Shown here: in pieces, positions 37,133 to 50,565 of the stretch | Layout: the number at the start of each line of letters is the position of its first letter | Position numbering within the stretch: the first letter of the stretch is position 1 | Origin: Squalus acanthias | Lineage: Eukaryota | Direction of reading: 5' to 3' | NCBI GenBank assembly: GCA_030390025.1 | Contig: CM059432.1 | Location: 110,424,001-110,488,000 of the forward strand | DNA: 64,000 bases | Made by a program: the position numbers and the translations under genes | Notes under the pieces: model-generated | Told to the model about the DNA's origin: nothing | What the model saw: the letters and a program-made list of their open reading frames with translations, nothing else | Databases searched by the model: none

Positions 37133-39600
37133 TTTCAGAAAATAGAAATCTGTCTTTCTTAGATCCAAAGTGGATGACCTCGCATTTCCCTACATTGAAC
37201 TTTATCGAACACAGTTTTGCCCACTTACTTAATCTATCCATGTCGCTTTGCAACTTTCTGCTCCCATCTGCATTATCTACTGTGCTACTCAACTTGGTGT
37301 CGTCAGCAAACTTGGATATATGGCTCCCTATTCATTCATCCAAGTCATTTACAAATATAGTGAAAAGCTGAGGCACCAGTACAGATCCCTGGGGGACACC
37401 AGTAGTCGCATCCTGCCAACTGAAGTACATATCCATTATCCCTACCCTCCGACATCAATTGCCTCCAATTCCATATAGTCTCATTTTTGTTAGCAGTGTC
37501 TTACATGGAGCCTTATGGAAGTCTATATAAATAACATCCATAGGCACTCCCTTATCTACACGTAAGTTACCCCCTCAAAAAATTCAACTAGGTTCGTGCT
37601 GGCTCTCTCTGATCAGTTCACATTTTCGCGTGTGCTCAGTCACTCTGTCCCAAATAACAGATTCTAATAACTGCTCCACAACAGACATGAGACGAATAGG
37701 CCTATAATTTCCTAGATTATCTCTCTTACCCTTATTAAATAGTGGAGTTAAATTAGCAATTTTCCAATCTAAGGCGACAACTCCTAAATCAAGTGTGTTT
37801 TGGTGCATCTACTACTGCATTTCTTCAGCTACTTCTTTTCATAAAAACAGAAAATACCGGAAATACTCTGAGGAGAGAGAAACAGAGTGAACTCTGTTTC
37901 TCTCTCCACAGATGCTGCCCGAGCTGCTGAATGTTTCCAGCATTTTCTGTTTTTATTTCAGATTTCCAGCATCCGCAGTATTTTGGTTTTTACTTCTTTT
38001 AATACCCTGGGGTGGAAACCTTCAGGTCCTGGAGATCAGTCTATCTTTAGTCTCATTATTTTCTCCGTTACCATTTTTTACTTATATTAAATCTAGTAAG
38101 TTCCTCCCCTTGATATATCTCATATCTCTGGTACTTTATCCTCATCCTCCACTGTGAAGACCAATAAAACGTATTTAGCAAGTCTGCCATTTCTTGATTT
38201 CCAATTACAATATCACCTGCGTCTTTCTTTAATGCGCCTACATTACTCTTGGCCACCCTCTTTCTCTTAATATATTCATAAAAACCTTTAGTGTTGTCCT
38301 TCATTAACCTCACAAGCTTTTTCCTCATATTCCCTTTTTGCAGCTCTTATTACTTTCTTAGTATCCCTTTGCTGTTCTTTATATCTCTCCCAGACCACGG
38401 GATCGCGACTGTTCTTTGCATTCGTATAAGCCCTTTCTTTTTGTTTTATACTATCTCACTTCTCTTGTTGACGAAGGTTGTTTAATTACAGGAGTAGAGC
38501 TCTTGCCCTTTAGGGGTATGTACAGGTCTTGTATTCTACCAAATAATAATCTGGTTCATTTCCCATTACTAGATCCAGCAGTGATTCCTCCCTTGTTGGG
38601 CTTCTTATATACAGGGTAAGAATGAATCCTGTACACAGTGTAAAAACTCCATTCCCTGTCCCCTTTCCCTACCCTTCTTGCCTGTTTATTTGGGGCTAGT
38701 TGAAATCGGCCATGATTATTCTTCTGTGTCTTTTACTCATGCCATTAGTTTGCTTACATATTTCTTCTTCTACCTTCCTTCCACTATTAGGTGGTCTGTA
38801 CAATTCCCCTATTAGTGTGAACGATCCCATAACTTTTATCTCAATCCATATAGATTTTGTTTTGATCTTTGTTAGTTATGACCCTTTTTTCTACCATCAT
38901 TATGTTGTCTCTTATTAGTACAGCTTCTAGCATCCCTTTCCTTTCTAAATATTTAATTGCCAGTCCTGTTCTTTGTGTAGCCATGTTTCAGTTATCCCGA
39001 CTATATCTGGTTCCTCGCTACAAATTATTTCCTCCAGTTCCCCAGTTTTGTTTCAGATGCTGTGCAGGCAGTTTAATTCATTTTTATTAGTCGTTCCTCT
39101 CACTATTTTTAAACAGTCTTTTTATACTTCTGTTCCAGAACTGTATTTGTTCCCTGATTACTTATGTTATACGTTTATTTTATCTTTATTCCTTACCTTG
39201 GTCTGACCTTTACTCTCACCTCCTGCTTCTTTTGTCTTTAGGCTTATGTTATTTCTCCCAGATCCCGCCCCCATCTTACTAGTTTAAAGCCTTAGCCACA
39301 GCCCTCTTTATCCTTTCTGCTAGAACTCTGGTCCCATTCCGGTTCAGGTAGAGCCGATCGCAGTGGTACAGCTCCTTCCTGTCCCAGTACTGGTGCCAGT
39401 GCCCCATGAAATGGAACCCCTCTTTCAGCCACACATTCACCTTCCTGAACTGAACTGTCTATGACTATGCCAATTAGCACGTGGCTCAGGTAGATGACCA
39501 CCTGTGAGGTCCTGCTTTTTTTAAACTTAGTTCCCAACTTCTGATATTCCCTTCGCAGGACTTCCTCCTTATTCCTACCCCTCCTTTTTCAAGTTGCTCT
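37133..39600 (-). mobile_element. Old CR1 LINE remnant, ORF1 end to RT
   Basis: DWKIANLTPLFNKG, NYRPIRL and KGFYEYIKRKR fragments. Confidence 0.75.
37840..37990. mobile_element. 151-bp palindromic Penelope terminal-repeat insertion
   Basis: Inverted repeat GGAGAGAGAAACAGAGT-GA-ACTCTGTTTCTCTCTCC. 10-bp TSD TACTTCTTTT at 37830-37839 and 37991-38000. Confidence 0.8.
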
Positions 39601-41086
39601 CCAGTTGCTCAGAGTCATAGAGTCATACAGCACAGAAAGAGGCCCTTCGACCCATCGTGTCCACGCCGGCCATGAAGCCCGGTCTATTCTAATCCCATTT
39701 TCCAGCACTTGGTCTACGGCCTTGTATGCTATGGCGTTTCAAGTGCTCATCTAAATGCTTCTTGAATGTTGAGGGTTCCTGCCTCTGCCACCCTTTCAGG
39801 CAGTGAGTTCCAGATTCCAACCACCCTCTGGGTGAAAAAGTCTTTCCTCAAATCCCCTCTAAACCTCCTGCCCCTTACCTTGAAACTATGCCCCCTGGTT
39901 ATTGACCCCTCTACTAAGGGGAAAAGTTCCTTTCTATCTACGCCCCTCATAATTTTGTACACCTCAATCAGGTCCCCCCCTCAGCCTTCTCTGCTCCAAG
40001 GAAAACAACCCCAGCCTGTCCAGTCTCTCTTCATAGCTGAAGCGCTCCAGCCCAGGTAACATCCTGGTGAATCTCCTCTGCATCCTCTCCAATGCAATCA
40101 CATCCTTCCTATAGTGTGGCGACCAGAACTGCACACAGTATTCCAGCTGTGGCCTAACTAGCGTTTTGTACAGCTCCATCATAACCTCCCTGCTCTTGTA
40201 TTCTATGCCTCGGCTAATGAAGGCAAGTATCCCATATGCCTTTTTAACCACCTTTATCTACCTGTCCTGCTGCCTTCAGGGATCTATGTACATGCACACC
40301 AAGGTCCCTCTGATCCTCTGTCCTTCCTAAGGTCCTACCATTCAGTGTATTCCCTTGCCTTGTTAGTCCTCCCAAAATGCATCACCTCTCACTTTTCAGG
40401 GTTAAAATCCATTTGCCACTGTTCTGCCCATCTGACCAACCCGTCTATATCGTCCTGTAGCCTGAGGCTTCCCTCCTCACTATTTACCACCCCACCAATT
40501 TTCGTGTCATCTGTGAACTTACTGATCATACCTCCTACATTCATATCTAAATCATTAATGTACACTACAAACAGCAAAGGACCCAGCACCGATCCCTGCG
40601 GTACACCACTGGACACAGGCTTCCAGTCACAAAAACAACCTTCGACCATCACCCTCTGCCTCCTGCCACTAAGCCAATTTTGGATCCAATGTGCCAAATT
40701 GCCCTGGATCCCATGGGCTCTTACCTTCTTGACCAGTCTCCCATGCGGGACTTTGTCAAAACCCGTACTGAAGTCCATGTAGACCACATCAACTGTACTA
40801 CCCTCATCCACACACCTAGTCACCCCCTCGAAAAATTCAATCAAATTGGTCAGACATGATCTCCCCCTGACAAAGCCATGCTGACTTTCCTTGATTAATC
40901 CTTGCCTCTCCAAGTGGAGACTAATTCTGTCCCTCAGAATTTTTTCCAATAATTTCCCTACCACTGATGTTAGGCTCACTGGCCTGTAATTCCCTGGTTT
41001 ATCCCTACTACCCTTCTTGAATAATGGTACTACGTTAGCTGTTCTCCAGTCCTCTGGCACCTCCCCTCTGGCACCTCCCCTGTGGC

Positions 41087-41796
41087 ACCACCGCGGCATG
41101 GTACATCGGCGAAACCATGCAGACACTGAGACAACGTATGAACGAGCACCGCGCAACAATCGCCAGGCAGGATTGTTACCTCCCAGTCGGGGAACACTTC
41201 AGCAGTCAAGGACATTCAGCCTCGGATCTGCGGGTAAGCGTTCTCCAAGGCAACCTTAGAAACACACGACAACGCAAAATCATCGAGCAGAAACTGATAG
41301 CCAAGTTCTGCACTCATGAAGACGGTCTCAATCGAGATCTTGGGTTTATGTCACGATACATGACGTGATCCGGACTCGAGTCGTCGTTAGCTTGTTCACA
41401 GATGTGATTCCCAGTAAAAAAGTAAAAATTTTCCCAGTAAAAAAGTAAATTTTTTTTTTTAAAGCTTTTCGTTTTACATACAGACGGCAGCTTTTGACAC
41501 GTTAGAACCCCTGCGACTTCACCTCATTGTCTCAGTTGTATCTTGCTATGTCTTTTGATGTGGTACCTTCCTGGCTGACTTAATTAACTTTATCACACCT
41601 CGGCAGATAGTCAGGATGATTTAATTTATTGGTCTGCAATTGTAAAGTACACATGCTTTTTTTTCCATCTATATATGCTCTGACGATTCTGTATCCAATT
41701 TACTTCACCTGAGGAAGGAGCGATAGTTCCGAAAGCTTGTGATTTCAAATAAAACTGTTGGACTATAACCTGGTGTTGTGCGACCTCTCAATTTTG
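41087..41796 (+). mobile_element. Penelope-like element 3' fragment, same family as 3586-4220
   Basis: WYIGETMQTLRQRMNEHR (YIG half of GIY-YIG). 14-bp TSD ACCTCCCCTGTGGC at 41073-41086 and 41797-41810. Confidence 0.88.
41705..41742 (+). ncRNA. Minimal type I hammerhead ribozyme
   Basis: TCAC-CTGAGGA-a-GGAGC(gata)GTTCC-GAAA-GCTT-GTGA. Confidence 0.75.
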
Positions 41797-42566
41797 ACCT
41801 CCCCTGTGGCCAGAGAGGTTCTGAAAATTTGTGTCAGAGCCCCTGCAATCTCCTCCCTTGCCTCACACAGCAGCCTGGGATACATCTCGTCTGGGCCTGG
41901 GGATTTATCCACTTTTAAGCCCGCTAAAACCGCTAGTATGTCCTCCCTCTCAATACTAATTTGTTCAAGTATATCATAATCCCCCTGCCTGATTTCTATG
42001 CCTACATCGTCCTTCTCCATAGTGAACACAGATGCAAAATATTCATTTAAAACCTCACCTACATCTTCCGGCTCTACACACAGATTGCCACTTTGGTCCC
42101 TAATGGGCCCTACTCTTTCCCTGGTTATCCTCTTGCCCTTAATATACTTATAAAACACCTTGGGATTTTCCTTTATTTTGTCCGCCAGTGTTTTTTCATG
42201 CCCCCTCTTCGCTCTCCTAATTTCTTTTTTAAGTACCCCCCTGCACTTTCTATACTCCTCTCGGGCTTCCACTGTTTTTAGTCCTTTGTATCTGTCAAAA
42301 GCCTCCCTTTTATCAGAGATATCCTTTACCCTTGCACGTTCCTTATAATGAAATATCAGTGGTACAGAATATGAAGCTAAAAACTTGGGGTCTGTACGGC
42401 ACAGCAATGTAATATGCCCTCCTCTCATCTCGGACAGCTGGATCTGAACCCAGAATATGCAGCGTTATAAACGTACAAATAGATTCATGACAACAGTTAA
42501 TCTTTTCTACAATCCTGACTGGTCGCGCGAAGAAAGTGTCCTTTAATGTAACCTTTAAGGGTCATA

Positions 42567-43460
42567 GGGGGAAAAATTCAGTTGGTTGCGCCTCCCGTTA
42601 GCGCCTTAAGAGGGCGCTAATGGGGCGCAAAGTAACTAGCGCCCGGGCGCGGCGATGTTTACGCCGCTCGCGAAATTAACTAGACATTTTGCGGCAGCGC
42701 TAAACACTACCGCCACGATCTCCTGCGCCGGCAGACCGTGACGTCAGTCGAGTGCGCAACGACCCGGAGTGGATATTGAGTGGCACCCCCTGCCTTACCG
42801 CCTGTCGCTAGCAATGACAGGTTGAGGGGAGCGTTTTGCAGTCAGGAAGGGACTGGGGGAGCGCTATTTAAAGGCGACCGCTTCCTGCCTTTTATTGTTG
42901 GTGACATTTTTGAACCACGCAGTCAGAGAGAGAGAGAGAGAGAGAGACACAGAGACTTCTGGAGAGATTCAACGCTGTGTGAAGGAGTTTTGGGTACTGA
43001 GCAGCACTTTGCAGGTTCATTTTGATTTGCCCTTCCTTGTATCGATTTAGAAGAGACTGTGGGGGCTGCACTCTGACCTCTTTCCCTGGGCCTCTCCATT
43101 GTTCTTTCCTGCAGATTTGATGTACAGATCTCTGCAGGTCAAGATACAAGGCTGCAATGAGCAGGATGGGGATGGAAAGCAAGATCAAACCTCCCCTTTA
43201 AGAACTGGCTGGCGCCATTGTGTGTGTGTTCCATTGCTGACTGACATCACATGAGCTTCGCCAGCGCTCTGAGGTAGCGCCTCGCTCCTCGGCCTTTGCG
43301 CCTTAAGACAGGTGGGAAGCGCCTGATTTAGCACCCCAATCACCTCCAGGGGCGATAAAAGTCAAGTTTGCAGTCGGAGGCGATAATTAGCGCCAGGCGC
43401 TAATCTTTGCGCCCGGTCGATAATTGCGCCCCAAATGGGGCGATACTGAATTTCTCCCCC
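42567..43460. mobile_element. Harbinger-type non-autonomous element, CpG-rich
   Basis: TIRs GGGGGAAAAATTCAGT / ACTGAATTTCTCCCCC, TSD ATA, repeated subterminal TAGCGCC motifs. Confidence 0.82.
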
Positions 43461-43664
43461 ATAGAATCTTCTAGCACAAGAGGCCGCCGTTTGGCCCATC
43501 GAGAATGAGCTGTACAACTTAATCCCACACCCCAGCTCTTTCCCCATAACCCTGCAAATTAGTCCTCTTCAAGTACATGTCCAATTGCCTTTTGGAAGTT
43601 CCTGTGGAATCTGATTCCACCACCCTTTCAGGTAGTCTGTTCCAGATCGTAACAAACCTGTGTG

Positions 43665-44020
43665 AAGACTTGAGCACAAAATCGAGGCTGAAACTCCAGT
43701 GCAGTACTGAGGGAGTGCTGCACTGTTAGAGAAGCCCAGTCTGCCCACTCAAGAAGACGTGAAAGATCCCATAGCACTATTCAAATAAGAGCAAGTGAGC
43801 TTTTCCCAGTGACCTAGCCAATATTTATTCTTCAACAAACACCTAAAACGGATGACTTGGCCATTTATTTAACTGGGGTTTGTGGGAGCTTGCAGTGCAC
43901 ACATTGGCTGCCGCGTTTCCCAACATTATAACAGTGACCACACTTCAAAAGTATTTCACTGATTGTAAAGTACTTTGGGATGTCCTGAGATCATGAAAGG
44001 CCCTAGATAAATGGAGGTCT
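43665..44020 (+). mobile_element. Degenerate Deu-SINE
   Basis: CCAGTGCAGTACTGAGGGAGTGCTGCACTG core. Confidence 0.75.
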
Positions 44021-44595
44021 TTCGTTCAAGTGTCAGACAACTTTGCTGATTCAAAGAAATGTCGTTTTTAGACAATGGGCAACATTCAGAGCTGGCAGTG
44101 AGGAGAAACTGAATTAGCAGCTTTTCTGACATCTCACATTTAGCTTGCACATCCATTCATTCTACTTTGGCCAATATGCAGGAACTAGCTGAGAAGTTTG
44201 TGTTAATTTGAAATGTACATTTGTAAATACACGTGTGTCATATGCAATTTTTATTTTTTTTTTAAAAACACTATTCATTTTTAGTTAAATTTGCCCAACA
44301 GGATCTCCTAGATATGTTCTACAAAAAGCCTTTGAATCATAGCTGGGACAAAGGTGCTTCTGCCAGGGAGAGTGTTAGTGCTCAGAATAATTTCCCAAAC
44401 CACACCCATTTTTTCCTCCAAGCAAAACAAACCAAAAGCAAACCAGCACAAATCTTGTACAGCAGGTCATTCAGCATCTGTGAAGACAACAGACAGGCCA
44501 ATGTTTTAGGCTAAGCCTTTCTTCAAAACTATTCTATAGACGGGCCTGGCTTGAAATGTTAACCCGTGTCTTCTCTCCACGGTTACTAACTGACC

Positions 44596-44667
44596 CATCA
44601 GTCACCTGAGAATTAATTTTTAGTGTGGAAGCAAGTCATCCTCGGTTCCGAGGGACTGCCGAAGAAG
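44596..44667 (+). mobile_element. 72-bp extreme 3' end of the RTE LINE, inserted in an old Penelope repeat
   Basis: Matches the reverse complement of about 1621-1695. GAAGAAG tail. TSD ACTAACTGACC / ACTAACGGACC. Confidence 0.8.
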
Positions 44668-45721
44668 ACTAACGGACCTGCTGTGTTTCCAACATTTTCC
44701 AATCGACTTTCCTCTTTTTAAAAACATTTGTCGCTCTCCTGAATTTTTTTCAGAGATGTTGTAGTGTCAGTTTATAAGCCCATTGTCTGCACAACCCATT
44801 TCTGTGCCAATCAGTCTCTCACTATCAGACTGGGGCTGGGAAACAGAGCCAAACCACTGTAGGACCAGTGCAACCACATGTGGGGGGTGGTGGCAGTGCT
44901 GTGCAAAGGGATGTTCACCAACTTGAACCAGGTCAGGGAACCAAGGCAGGGGAACTCACTGCAATAACTTCAAGCACTGCGAAGGTGTGAAGAGTAAGTC
45001 ACCACAAACTGTCCACGGAAGTGTGGGGAACATAAATCATTTGGAACTACAAGGGATGCAGCACAATGACCCTGCACAAGACACCATATGGAGACAGACA
45101 GCACTGACCTTGCAATACAGTCCAAGACACAGAGTAATCTTATCCTGAGGACAGGAGATTGGCTCATCTGGGCCACTCAATGCAAAACGATAATGGTGGA
45201 AAAACTACAATTAGTCCATGACAAAGTGTGTCTTGCCTGCTCAATGGAAGGATGCAGGGAGTCACATAATTGGAGCACCAGCTGACAGCAGAACTAGTTC
45301 CCGGTGAGCAAGGGGTGTTCGCAATAAACAGCAATTATACACACAAAGGCAGCAGGTTGCAGTGTCCCGGCAAAGCTTTCAGCCATCATCATTGAATAGA
45401 CGCGGCTAAGCTAGGTAACATGATAACAGCCAAGCCATGCCCAACACCTATGCCTTATAGTGTACGGGACCATGTCAAGAGTAAAGTGCAGCAATAGTTG
45501 CAGGAGGAGTACGTGATGGAAGAGTTTCCACACACAGTGGGCACTTTATCCAAAAAGGTCTGTCAACAACATTCAAGACCGGTCACCCAAATAAGACAAC
45601 AGCCACATAAGAGGGACCAGAGAGTAACCATCTTCCCCTGGGGAGGGAAGAACTACGACAAATGTAGAGTTAACATTCTCTGTATTTACTTCATAGTGCT
45701 TTACAATAACTCGGAGCTAAA

Positions 45722-46262
45722 ATGAGGAAGGATGTCCTTATCTGAGGAAAGATGTTCTTGCCATGGAGGGAGTGCAACGAAGATTTACCAGACGGATACC
45801 TGGGATGGCAGGAATGACGTATGAAGAGAGATTGGGTCGATTAGGCTTATATTCGCTAGAGTTTCGAAGAATGAGAGGGGATCTCATTGAAACTTATAAA
45901 ATTCTAACAGGACTAGACAGACTAGATGCAGGAAGGATGTTCCCGACGGCGGGGGAGTCCAGAACCAGAGGTCGAAGGATAAGGGGTAAGCCATTTAGGA
46001 CTGAGATGAGGAGGAATTTCTTCACCCAGAGAGTGGTGAACCTGTGGAATTCTCTACCACAGAAGGCAGTTGAGGCCAATTCATTAAATATATTCAAGAA
46101 GGAGATAGATATATTTCTTAAGGCTAAAGGGATCAAGGGATATGGGGAGAAAGCAGGGACAGGGTACTGAATTTGGATGATCAGCCATGATCTCATTAAA
46201 TGGCGGAGCACGCTCGAGGGGCCGAATGGCCTACTCCTGCTCCTATCTTCTATGCTTCTATG
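45722..46262 (+). mobile_element. CR1 3' fragment
   Basis: ORF 45763-46170 and TTCTATG tail. Very similar to 32070-32600. Confidence 0.88.
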
Positions 46263-46264
46263 CT

Positions 46265-49200
46265 GTCGTTCCTGCAGTCTACAGCTTTCTTCCTCACTAG
46301 CAACCACACGACCAATTTTTATATCATCCGCAAACTTCTTAATCATGCCCCTACATTGAATTCTAGATCATTGATATATACCACAAAAAGCCAGGGACCG
46401 AGTACTGAGCCCTGCGGAACCCCACTGGAAACAGCTTTCCAGTCACAAAAACACCCATCGACCATTACCCTTTGCTTCCTGCTACTGAGAGAATTTTAGA
46501 TCCAACTTGCAACTTTGCCTTGGATCCCATGGGCTTTTACTTTTCTGACCAGTCTGCCACGTGAGACCTTGGCAAAAGCCTTGCTAAAATCCACGCAGAC
46601 TACATCGAATGCGCTACCCTCATCAACCCTCCTTGTTACCTCCACAAAAAATTCAATCAAGTTAGTCAGACACGACCTTCCCTTAACAAATCTATGCTGA
46701 CTGTCCTTGATTAATTCGTACCTTTCTAAATGACGATTAATACTGTCCCTCAGAATTTTTTCCAATAATTTGCCCACCACCGAGCTTAGGCGAAGTGGCC
46801 TGTAATTATTCGGTCTATCCCTTTTTAAACAACGGTACAACGTTAGCAGTCCTCCAGTACCACACCTGTAGCCAGAGAGGATTGGAAAATGATGGTCAGA
46901 GCCTCCACTATTTCCTGAATTGCTTCTCAACATCTTGGGATTCATTTCATCCGGGCCTGGGGATTTATCTACTTGCAAAGATGCTAAACCTTAATATTTT
47001 CTCTCTTGCTATGTTAATCCCATCTAATTTTTCACACTCCTCCTCAACTACAATGTCTGCATCGTCCCTCTCTTTTGTGAAGACAGATGCAAAGTATTCA
47101 TTAAAAACACCCACGTATTCCGCCTCCACACACAAGCTTCCTTTTTGGTCTCAAATAGGCCGTAACCTCTCTTTAGTTATCCTGTTGCTCTTTATGTATT
47201 TAAAAAACATCTTTGGGTTTTCCTTGCCAATATTTTTTCATGCCCTCTCTTTACTTTCCTAATTTCTTTTTTTATTGTCACCCCTGCACTTTCTATACTC
47301 CTCTAGGCTTTCTGCTGTATTTAGCTCTCTCTATCTGACATAAGCTTCCCTTTTTTGCCTTATCCTACCCTGTATGCCCCTTGACATCCAGGGGGCTCTA
47401 GATTTGGGAGTGCCAACCTTTTTCTTTGTGGGAACATATATGCTCTGAACCCCCACTATCTCCTCCTTGAATGCCTCCCACTGCTGACACGGATTTACCT
47501 TCAAGTAGCTGTTTCCAGTCCATTTTGGCTAAATCATATCTCAGCTTAGTAAAATTGGCCTTTCCCCAATTGAGAACTTTTACTCCTGGTCTACCTGTGT
47601 CCTTTTCCATAACTACGCTAAATCTAACTGAATTATGATCACTACCACCAAAATGCTCTCCCACGGATACCCCTTCCACCTGCCCAGCTTCATTCCCTAA
47701 AACCAAATCCAGAACTGCCCCCTCTCTTGTTGGGCTTGCTACATACTGGTTACAAAAAGTTCTCCTGAATGCATTTGAAGAATCCTGCGCCCTCTATACC
47801 TTTTACACTGATTCAATCCCAGTTAATATTAGGGTTGTTGAAATCCCCTACTATTACTGCCCTATTGTTTTTGCACTTCTCAGAAATTTGCCTACATATT
47901 TGCTCTTCTATCTCCCTCGACTATTTGGGGGTCTCTTGTACACTCCCAGCAGTGTAATTGCCCCTTTTTTGTTCTTCAGTTCAACCCTTATGGCCTCATT
48001 TAATGATCCTTCTACCATATCATCCCTCCTCACAGCTGTAATTGTTTCTTTAACCAATATTGCAACCTCCCCCCAACGCCCCCCATCCTTTTTTATCCCC
48101 CTCTCTATCTCGTCTGAAAACCCTGTAACCAGGAATGTTGAGCTGCCATTCCTGTCCTTCTTTCAGCCATGTCTCAGTAATAGCTATATCATACTTCCAC
48201 GTGTCTATCTGCGCCCTCAGCTCATCTGCCTTATTCCTTAGACTCCTTGCATTGAAGCATTAAGCACTACCAAACCCCCTTTGTTGTCTATTTTCTAGCC
48301 TGTTTCCTCTGCTTTCCAAACTCACTTACTAATTTTCTGCCTTCCATTTCCAGCTTTGCTTCTCTCCCTTCTGAATCTACTCTCAGGTTCCCATCCCCCT
48401 GCCAAGCTACTTTAAACCCTCCCCAACAGCACGAGCAAAGCCCCTCGCGAGGATATTGGTCCCGGTCCTGTTAAGATGCAATCGTCCGGCTTGTATAGGT
48501 CCCTCCCCCAAAACCGGTCCCAATGCCTCAGGAATCTAAAGCTCTCCCTCCTGCACCATCTCTCCAGCCACGCATTCATTTGAGCTATCCTCCTATTTCT
48601 ATAGTCACTAGCACGTGGCACTGGGAGTAATCTGCAGATTACTACCTTTGAGGTCCTGCTTGCTAATCTCTTTCCTAGCTCCCTAAAATCTGCCTGCAGG
48701 ACCTCATCCCTCTTTCTACCTATGCTGTTGATACCGATATGGACAACGGCCTCTGGCTGTTCACCCTCCCCCCTCCGTGTCCTGCAGCCGCTCAGTGACA
48801 TCATTGACCTAGCACCAGGGAGGCAACATACCATCCTGGAGTCACGTCTGCGGCCGCAGAAACACCTGTCTGCTCCCCTAACTATCGAATCCCCTATGAC
48901 TATTGCTCTTCCACTCTTCTTCCTCTCCCCCTGTACAGCTGAGCCACCCGTGGTGCCGTGAACTTGGCTCTGGCTGTACTCCCCAGAGGAACCATCAGTA
49001 TTCAGATTACCGGTTAGAGCGCAAGATGCACTCAGGGGACTCCTGTACTACCTGCCTGGTCCTCCTCATCTGTCAGGCAGTCACCCATTCCCTCTCTGCC
49101 TGTATACTCTTAAACTGCGGGGTAACCACCTCCTGAAACGTGCTATCCACGGAGCTCTCAACCTATGCTGTGACACCAGCTGCTGCTCAAACTCAGATAA

Positions 49201-49320
49201 TGGGAGTTCGAGCTCCTCCAGCTGATGACACTTCCTGCGCATGTAGTTGTCCAGGACAGGAGAATGTCCTGGACTTCCCACATGGCACAGGATGTGCATT
49301 CAACGGGACGGAGGTGCCCT
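46265..49320 (-). mobile_element. CR1 5' portion: ORF1 (zinc finger/leucine zipper + SGNH esterase) and ORF2 endonuclease-RT, decayed
   Basis: VECTSCAMWE, KCHQLEELEL, VCCLPGAR, VVHIG, MNAWLERWCRRE, GSDHN, KKFADD. Confidence 0.88.
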
Positions 49321-49366
49321 GTGTACAAGCTGTTCATAGTAATCAAACGAGTCCAGGTTTTATAAT

Positions 49367-49718
49367 GGACTAGAATTCGCTGTTAAAATTGTTCCTTTTC
49401 TGGGCCTCCGAGGTGGAGTGTATTGTAGGAACATAAATCTCGTCATTAAATGGGTCCATACATTGTGAAATACTACCGCTGCGATTTAATTCATATTTAC
49501 GGCACTAATCCAGCAAAGTCTTGAATCTGATAGGGAGATTGATGGTGCGCTCCTGCTTTTGCGAGGCTAACGGAGGAACGGCACAAATCATCCAGCAATC
49601 TGTGGCGATCGCAACTCATGGCGTATCTCTTCCTCGACACAAAATGCTGTTTTATTTAATGCAGGAACAGCAGTCCGTGCATTAAACTCCCTGTTATTTT
49701 GCCAGAAAATTCAGGGCC
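49367..49718. mobile_element. Harbinger-type MITE
   Basis: Imperfect TIRs GGACTAGAATT / AATTCAGGGCC and TSD AAT. Confidence 0.6.
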
Positions 49719-50408
49719 AATGTTCACATTTCCGATTGCTAACCGTGAAAGGGGTGGAGTCAGAGGGAAGGTGGTAATAAATAAACCTTTAATTTCTGAG
49801 AACAACTGTCAACTGTCAAGCACAGCATTCACGCCCCTTCCACACCCACCCCATCGAAAAAGCAGAAGCTATGCAAAAAAACTTACAAAATCTAAATAAG
49901 TGAATCACTTAAAAATGAAACTAACTTTGTTATGCAAATCACTGAATATTCAAAAGCATCCTTCTTTCTAAAGTGCACCATTGCAAAGAGACGTTGGATT
50001 CTGCAACAGCAATGTAGCAGTCTGAAGGCTGCAGTAAATAGGTGAAGGCCAGAGGGAGGTTTGCTTTTTACAATTCTCATGCATGTAAAATCAATCAAAT
50101 TGAAAAGCAAACACACAGAATTGCCTTTGACGTGTTTGTTTCTGAAGTGCTGGCGAGAAGCGAACACTCTCAGCCTTGCAACGAGTTTTGCGAACTTCCT
50201 TTTTGAAAGCGGCACGCAACCTGACCGTAACGCTGCCTTGATTTGTCAATATATCAGGTTTTAAAACCCCGTCAAATGGCATTAAAAGGTTGCAAAGAGA
50301 AGTCGAAAACATCTTTGCAGCAGAGAGGTGGGAATGACGGCTGGGAATCGGAGCATGGCGACAACTGCAAACTTTGGCCCGAAGTTTTTCAAACTTTAGT
50401 TTACTTGC

Positions 50409-50565
50409 CTATGGAAGTGGTTTCCAGCTGGGGCTCCTGGCCGGCCGCCTCACTTTCTCTCACCGAGTCGAGGAAGTGGACCTCCCGCAATCCAGCCCAC
50501 AGTCTGTTCGAACTGCCCCGCAACAAGCGGGCTCCCCTGCCGGAAAAACTGCTGAAATAATCCAT
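50409..50565 (-). CDS. OXR1: Alternative first coding exon of an OXR1-like (LysM/TLDc) gene, 52 codons + 1 nt
   Basis: Translates MDYFSSFSGRGARLLRGSSNRLWAGLREVHFLDSVRESEAAGQEPQLETTSI. This resembles the recalled mammalian OXR1 isoform N-terminus MDYLTTFTEKSGRLLRGTANRLLG...RQVRFEDYLRE. ATG is in strong Kozak context (AGCATGG). The exon ends at AG|GCAAGT in phase 1. No downstream exon was found in the window, and the paralog NCOA7 is not fully excluded. Confidence 0.75.

Larger units (their letters stand above)
39612..42312 (-). mobile_element. CR1 LINE interrupted by a Penelope element
   Basis: RT motifs in ORFs 41763-42428, 40389-41159 and 39964-40251. (GACTCTAT)n tail at about 39612-39628. 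Confidence 0.92.
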
